A stretch of 58,250 bases of DNA from Pseudovirgaria hyperparasitica (taxonomy: Eukaryota): assembly GCA_010093815.1 (NCBI GenBank), contig ML996592.1. One strand, written 5' to 3'. The translations under genes were made by a program, and so were the position numbers. Positions within the stretch are counted from its first letter, which is position 1. Each line of letters starts with the position of its first letter. Of the stretch, positions 52,050 to 58,250 are shown piece after piece. Below the pieces are notes generated by a model. That model was not told the DNA's origin. It ran no database searches and saw only the letters and a program-made list of their open reading frames with translations.

Positions 52050-54990
52050 ATGTTAAGAATAGAGATGTTATATCTTAGTTAAGTATTAGATTAATTATTA
52101 CTAGCTACTTTATAGAATCTACGGCTATATATATAGGACCTTTAGTCTATGGTTCTTACTATTATCTATCTTCTTATTACCTTCTATAATAGGTACCTCT
52201 AATAACTTAAAATAATAGAGTTAAAGTCCTTTACTCTAGTAGACTTACTTTAGTTAGATACTTATATAGATACTATATAATATTACTTTCTAGATATTAG
52301 TTAAAGTATTAATAATATTATTATAATATAGCTCTACGTCTCTCTAGTTCTTATATAAGAATAGCTTCTATTATCTTTAGATTTATAGTAACTATCTAAG
52401 GTCTATTATAAATCTTAAGGAGAGTATCGAATTAGTTATTAGAGTATTTAAATATATAATTTAGTACTATTCTTATTACTCTTATTTCTTTTATATTTAT
52501 TTAATCCATTTATAGTATTAGTATAGCTATAGAGATCTATAACTATTTATATATATTATTATGTTTTCTTAGCTAAGTTAAGTAAGCTATAGTAGTAGTT
52601 ATAGATTTAGCGGATTTAGTAAAAGTAGAAATAGTAGTTCTAGTTAAAGTAGAAACTATGTATATTAGAATAATTATAGTATCTATATTTATAGTAGTAG
52701 TAGTATTTATAATAACGTTAATCTCTATATCCGTTATAATATTAGTTTTAACTATTAGAATAGTAACGGTTTTAGTAGTAGTAGCTTCTTCTATTTAGAA
52801 GTCTTCTATATTATAGAATTTATTCTTCTATTTATTTTATTCTATTAGTTCTTTAAACTAGTCTTCGAACTAGTATTCTAGTATAGAAATTCTAGGAATT
52901 AGTATCTCTATCTAGATATTATTAAGTTTAGAATAGTAACTATAAGTACTAGTAGCTACTACTTTATTAAGAAGTATTCTAAAAGGTATTCTATTAGAAG
53001 CTTTATATAGCTTATCTTCTTTTATAGTAAGTAAGTATTTAAAGCTATCTTAGATATACTACTAGTATCTTCTAATAACTTTATTAATATCTTATACACC
53101 TACTTCTATAGTATACTCTATGGTTTTTATCGCGCTATTTAGATATTATAGATCTATAATTATTTCTATGATTTTTTTTATCTATTCTATAACTCTTAGT
53201 ATTTATCTAATTAAGTCTCTTATAAAATTCTTCTTCTACTCTTAAGCTAACTTTATAGATACTAGTTCCTAAGTTTCTATAATAGCTCTCTATACTAGTA
53301 GTACGGATTCTCTATATAACTCTATCTCTTATTCTTAGAAAAATATAGTACTTAGATTACCTTCTATAGATATAGTAGTTATAACTATTATAGTAATCTT
53401 TTACGTAGCGATTTTTTATACCTCTACTAAGAACCTTTTTAGAGTCTCTATTATAATTTCTCTAATCTATACTTCTATGTCTTTCTTATAGACTAAGATA
53501 AGTATATTTATTTCCGTCTCTTATTAACTAATAGTATTTATAGTTAATATAGCGGGAATTAAGGTAGATAAGATTATAGAAATTAAGGCTAATTATAGCT
53601 CCGTTTACTCTATTAGAGTAGATAGAAGTTTAGATAATATAGAAGCTATCTTAGATACTATTATTTTAGTAGTAACTAATATTATCTTTTTTACTATTTT
53701 AACTTTCTTTATAGTAATAGCTAGTACTAGTTTTATAATAGAGAATAGAACCTTAATTATCTCTATTACCTTTATAACTAGAGTCTATATTTCTTCTAGT
53801 ATCCTTAATTTAATAACGTCTTTAGTTAGATTTATTAGAATATCTAAGATAGATACTCTAGCTTTTAGTTTCTTAGTAATCTCTCTTACTAAAATAATTA
53901 ACTATATCTTATTAGTATTTATAAATTCTTTTATTATAAAAAAGTTATCTACTTTATTAAAACTAGATAGTAGACTTATAATAATAATTTATATAGAGGT
54001 TTTGGGTAGAGTTAAAGTATATCTATTAAGTAAGTATTATAGTAGAAGTCGATTAATTCTTCTACTCTATATAGATCGGTCTTTATAGAAACTATCTTAA
54101 ATAATTATTAGTATAGTTACCTAGTTATTTATAGTACTATAATTTAAAGAATCTATAAACTATAGTATTTTCTTATAGACTATAGTAAATTTCTATATAA
54201 GGTCTTTAAGAGAGACTATAGAGATTAGCTATATATATACTATATCTTCTATATATAGTACGTAGACTTCTTTAACTAGTTTTTCTTCTACTTCTTAACG
54301 CTAGTTAGCTATTATATTCTCTATTAGACTCTATTTTTAAACTAAGTCTTAGAGTATAGTCTTATTTAATAGTATCTATAAGTATACTTTATAGATGTTT
54401 TCTATAATTCTAGTCTTATCTTCTAGGGAACTTAGATAGTAGATTAACTAGAACTAGTATCTAGAAGATTATAGTACTATTATCTAGTTATTATTAAGGC
54501 CTTTAAGGCGTTATATAATATACTAGAATCTTATATACTAATAGAAGATATATTATTAGTATTTATATATAATAAGCGTCGGTTCTTAATTATAGTATAA
54601 TTACTATATAATTAAGTCTAGCGGTCTAATTACCTATTCTTAGATAATATTCTTTTATAGCTAAGCTATAATAGTAACCTAAACTAATCTATCTCTTCTT
54701 TACTATACGGTATAGTAATAAATATTCTTACTATTTAAATCTTATAGCTAAGTTACTAGTATATTCTATATATAACTATAGTAGCTTCTAATTTTCTCTA
54801 TAATATCCGTAGTAAAGTATCGAGTTAGAATCTATATATATTCTACTTAAGCTATCTTCTTTATAAAGTATCTATTATCTAGTTTTAAGACGTATATAAT
54901 AATACTACTCTTAGACGCTTACTCTATCTTAAATCTCGTGCCTTTTAGAAGTATAATAGTAAAGTTCTATTTCTTATCTATAGATATTAT
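52050..54990 (-). pseudogene. Long RIPed ORF of unknown function (charged helical and Thr/Ser-rich segments) upstream of the integrase
   Basis: One apparent frame of ~1000 codons whose stops are TAA/TAG, as expected from RIP. No RT or RNase H motif was recognised. Confidence 0.45.
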
Positions 54991-55002
54991 AGATACTAGT
55001 AG

Positions 55003-58000
55003 AAAAAACTTCTTACACCCCAACGGACCAAACTAGTCAATTCGGGGCAAAACAGCGATTTATATACATTAAACGATAGAGTATACTAAGTATAACAATC
55101 TCCGACATACGTACGTACGTACAGCGTATAATACACGACGATACTAACGTATAGAGATACTATATATATATACTCAAAGACTCTTTAATAACACGAGTAT
55201 AGACTATATCTAATAAACGCCGATACGCCGACCCCCTTTTATTAGTTAAGGGCTACCCTTAACTAATAACTATAGCGGCCTTAGGCATTATAATACCCCG
55301 GTATACGCCGGATATACCTCTACTAGTACGGTAGAAACGGCTATATAGCGATATTAATATAGATAGCTAAATACCTATCTAAAATATAGGAACTAACTAA
55401 GGGTACGAAGTACTATAGATAACCTAGACTAAGGGGACCCTAAGAGGGGAGACCCTCCTAGATAAAATTAAATACTAGGTAATATATATAGAGAGGGACG
55501 CCAAGGAGAGAAAGAAGACCCTCCTTTATATATTCCGGGACCTTATCTAGAATCTAAGAGGAATCACGGAGGAAGAAAGAAAGTCACCACGAGAGGAACC
55601 TAGTAGTAGGCTCGACTAAATAGAAGCCAGCCTATAGAGAATCTAGAAAGAGCTATCCTAAGGTAAGCGCCCTAATATGTAGACTTAGATTATAGTAACA
55701 CCCGGAGCTACCGTACTAAGGACCACTAGAACCATAGATAGAGTATATAGTATATATATCGTAATCTAGGATAAGGATACGCTAGCGTAGGTCTAATAGG
55801 CATCTCTAAAGGAAATTATAAATAAGATTAATAAATAGAAAGGAATATAGTTAAGCGTTATAGCTACTAAAGTTACGCTAGGTAGGGTAGTACTTACTAC
55901 TATAATAAATACTATATAGTAAAATATCTTGCGAGATCCGAATATAATAGGTAGTATCTTCCCTAGCGCGTCTATTAGAGTAGCTATATACCCGATTATA
56001 GTATACGTAGTACCCGTATAGGGATAGGCTATCGGAGTAGAGGATATTACGCGTATAGAATAATCTAATACACGAAAATACCCAGGGATTAAGATTATAA
56101 AAGCGTGGTAGAAGAACCTATAGACGATTAAGACAACGGTAAAAAAACACTCTACTATAATTATAGAGCTCTAAGACCCCGCCCTCGTATAATATATTAT
56201 ATAGAAGGGATTCCTAATAGAAGGAGAGCTCCTTATAGCCGAGCTATAGAATAGGGTATAGGTAATAATATAGTACTTTAACTATTAAGGGTATGGATAT
56301 ACTATATAAAGGTACTTATAGAAGACTAAGTGCGGATAGTACCGTAGGGACCACGCTATCTAGGAGTACCCTTATAAACCGCGAGAAGATAGACTAAGAA
56401 ATAGAGATATAGTATAGTATTTAAACTATAACGGGAAACACCCGTCGTAGTCGTTAACGTGCATAAAATATAAATAGGTTATAGAATATATTCATACGAT
56501 AAAAGCGAGAGACGCGAGATAGTTATAGAATATAATACCTACCACGAGCCCTTTCTTTATAACACCCCTAACCTCCCCTCTAGAAGGTAGTTAGATAGGA
56601 TAGTAGATTATCCCGAAGACGATGGGACGACTAAAAGGTATAGTTAAAGCCGCTGCCGCGTAAGGATAGTCGCGCCTCCAAGGAATAAGTATATAGGTAT
56701 ATATACTCCCTAGTACCTAATAAGGGACTAGAATATACTCCGAATTATATAGGTAAATATATAATATAAAAGAGAGAACTAGGCGACGCTCCTCGAAGAG
56801 ACCGGGGCTATAATACTCGCTATCTAGGAACCCTATAAACACTACTAGACGAGTAAACCAACCATACACCCCGGATACTATACTATACACCCTCTAGGAC
56901 TAGAAAGACGAGTCCTCTTCCACATTCATAGGTTAATACTACTCTTATTATAGTCGTATACCGAGCGCGATAACCTTAGGATAATACTATACCTATAAAT
57001 AGATATAGGCCCCCTATATATATATAACATATATAACTAATAACGTGTACTTATACTAGACGAGATGCTCGAGGGTACTACGGAACCAGGGTAACATATC
57101 CTCCTAGAAGACTTTAACCTCTACTACTAATAGTAGGGAGGCCTAGCCGTGGTTAGGGAAGAACTTAGAGTAAGGGAACTACGTACCCGCTACTATAACT
57201 TCCTATACCTACTTATATCTATAGAATAAGTTATATAGAAAAAACATAAATAGGACGAAGACGGGTCTACGCTTAACCTTACCTTCGCTACGGAGTATAT
57301 TAGTTACCGGATCTAATACTACCGCCTAGGCTAGATATAGACGGATTCCGACTATAAATATATGGAAACTATAATAAACGTATATACCCCGAATGAATAA
57401 CGGGGACGATAGATATAGAAGGATACCGACTAGGAAAAGTACCTAAAGGACCTGGAATCGGCGATCCTAGATCCCTCTATAGTCGATATATCTAATAACC
57501 TAGCCATAGACTAGGCCGTATAGACACTCCTATAAATATACTAGAATGCGAGAAATAAACACGTACTATACTAAATATACCGGCCCCTAGAAGCAAAGGG
57601 GATTCCTTAAGTACGGGAAAGTAGATAAGACGCCCGAAGGCTATATAGACGCGTATACTATACGAGAACACCCGAGTCGTGGGAAGAATAGAAGGAAGCG
57701 ATATAATAACGCGATAAAGTCCTCTATAATGAAAGGCGTAAATAGTAGTGTATAATTACTAGTTAATAGATACGATACGTAATAGGGCTATAGCGCATGG
57801 CGAAATAGGCTAAGGGCGTAGATACTCCGACACCCCCGCCACTTATGCCTCCCCTAATATATTAGGGGAGAATATACTCCACGAGCCTTAAGAAAACTAA
57901 GGCCCTATGGGAGGCCATGTTCCCTCTCCCGGAACTAGTAGACCTATTAGACGTTTACGACGCCGAATATCTATATATAGTAGATATCCCCGAAGAAGTT

Positions 58001-58250
58001 ACGGAGGAGGATATACTTAATATTATTAAGATACTCCTAAATAATAAAGTACTCGGACTAGATGGAATTCTAAATCGATACCTAAAAAGAACTATAAAGG
58101 CGACCCTACCGCTTATTACTCGTATATTCTAAGTATACGTTACGTAGGGGTACCACCCCTAGTACTTCCGAGTCGCCTATACCATTATACTCCCGAAACT
58201 AGGAAAGAGCCCTAACTCCCTAAAGGGATAGAGACTAATCGCCCTTCTCT
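55003..58250 (+). mobile_element. Tad1-like LINE (LINE-D, same subfamily as LINE-C), running off the window
   Basis: Near-identical reverse complement of 44875-48120. ORF1 starts at ~55272 (ATG RIPed to ATA). ORF2 has APE motifs (LAI*EP, DFNL). ORF-track 57917-58132 is an in-frame fragment of the RT N terminus. Confidence 0.95.
55239..55269. repeat. Conserved palindrome copy (LINE-D 5' position)
   Basis: TTATTAGTTAAGGG-CTA-CCCTTAACTAATAA. Confidence 0.97.

Larger units (their letters stand above)
41166..55002 (-). mobile_element. Large LTR-bounded element (3' part) with integrase and dioxygenase-like cargo, interrupted by LINE-C and LINE-D; 5' part beyond the window
   Basis: Breaks LINE-A at 41165. 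It has a candidate 3' LTR plus PPT, an rve-type integrase and other RIPed ORFs, all on the minus strand. The host sequence is continuous across the LINE-C TSD. Confidence 0.65.

Noticed and set aside
5829..55269. Palindrome copies or 28-35-bp tandem units as a CRISPR array or rho-independent terminators
   Set aside because: The copies are kilobases apart or lack unique spacers, the context is eukaryotic and RIPed, and there are no cas genes.
57917..58132. 71-aa ORF as a stand-alone gene
   Set aside because: It is an in-frame fragment of LINE-D ORF2 between two RIP stops.

Overview
This AT-rich window is almost certainly from a filamentous-ascomycete genome. It consists almost entirely of nested transposable elements degraded by repeat-induced point mutation (RIP: TpA excess, CpA/TpG loss, TAG/TAA stops where Gln/Trp are expected). 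No intact protein-coding gene, RNA gene or CRISPR array was found. Target-site duplications (TSDs) let the nesting be reconstructed. There are three chromodomain-bearing Ty3/Gypsy LTR retrotransposons (1-~8030 +, 8868-23750 -, 32649-40733 -) and a solo LTR (25637-25877). There are six Tad1-like LINE insertions from three subfamilies; one is a chimera carrying a 1.17-kb foreign 5' module. A large LTR-bounded element (41166 to at least 55002, -) carries a retroviral-type integrase and a RIP-inactivated 2OG-Fe(II) dioxygenase-like cargo gene. The most striking signal is a 31-33-bp near-perfect palindrome, TTATTAGTTAAGGGC(A/T)GCCCTTAACTAATAA, present 10 times. It lies just before ORF1 and at the end of ORF2 of the LINEs, and also at the 3' end of the dioxygenase gene in the unrelated LTR element. 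One copy was the exact integration site of a Gypsy element. Protein calls come from manual translation with RIP changes mentally reversed, so they need HMM confirmation.
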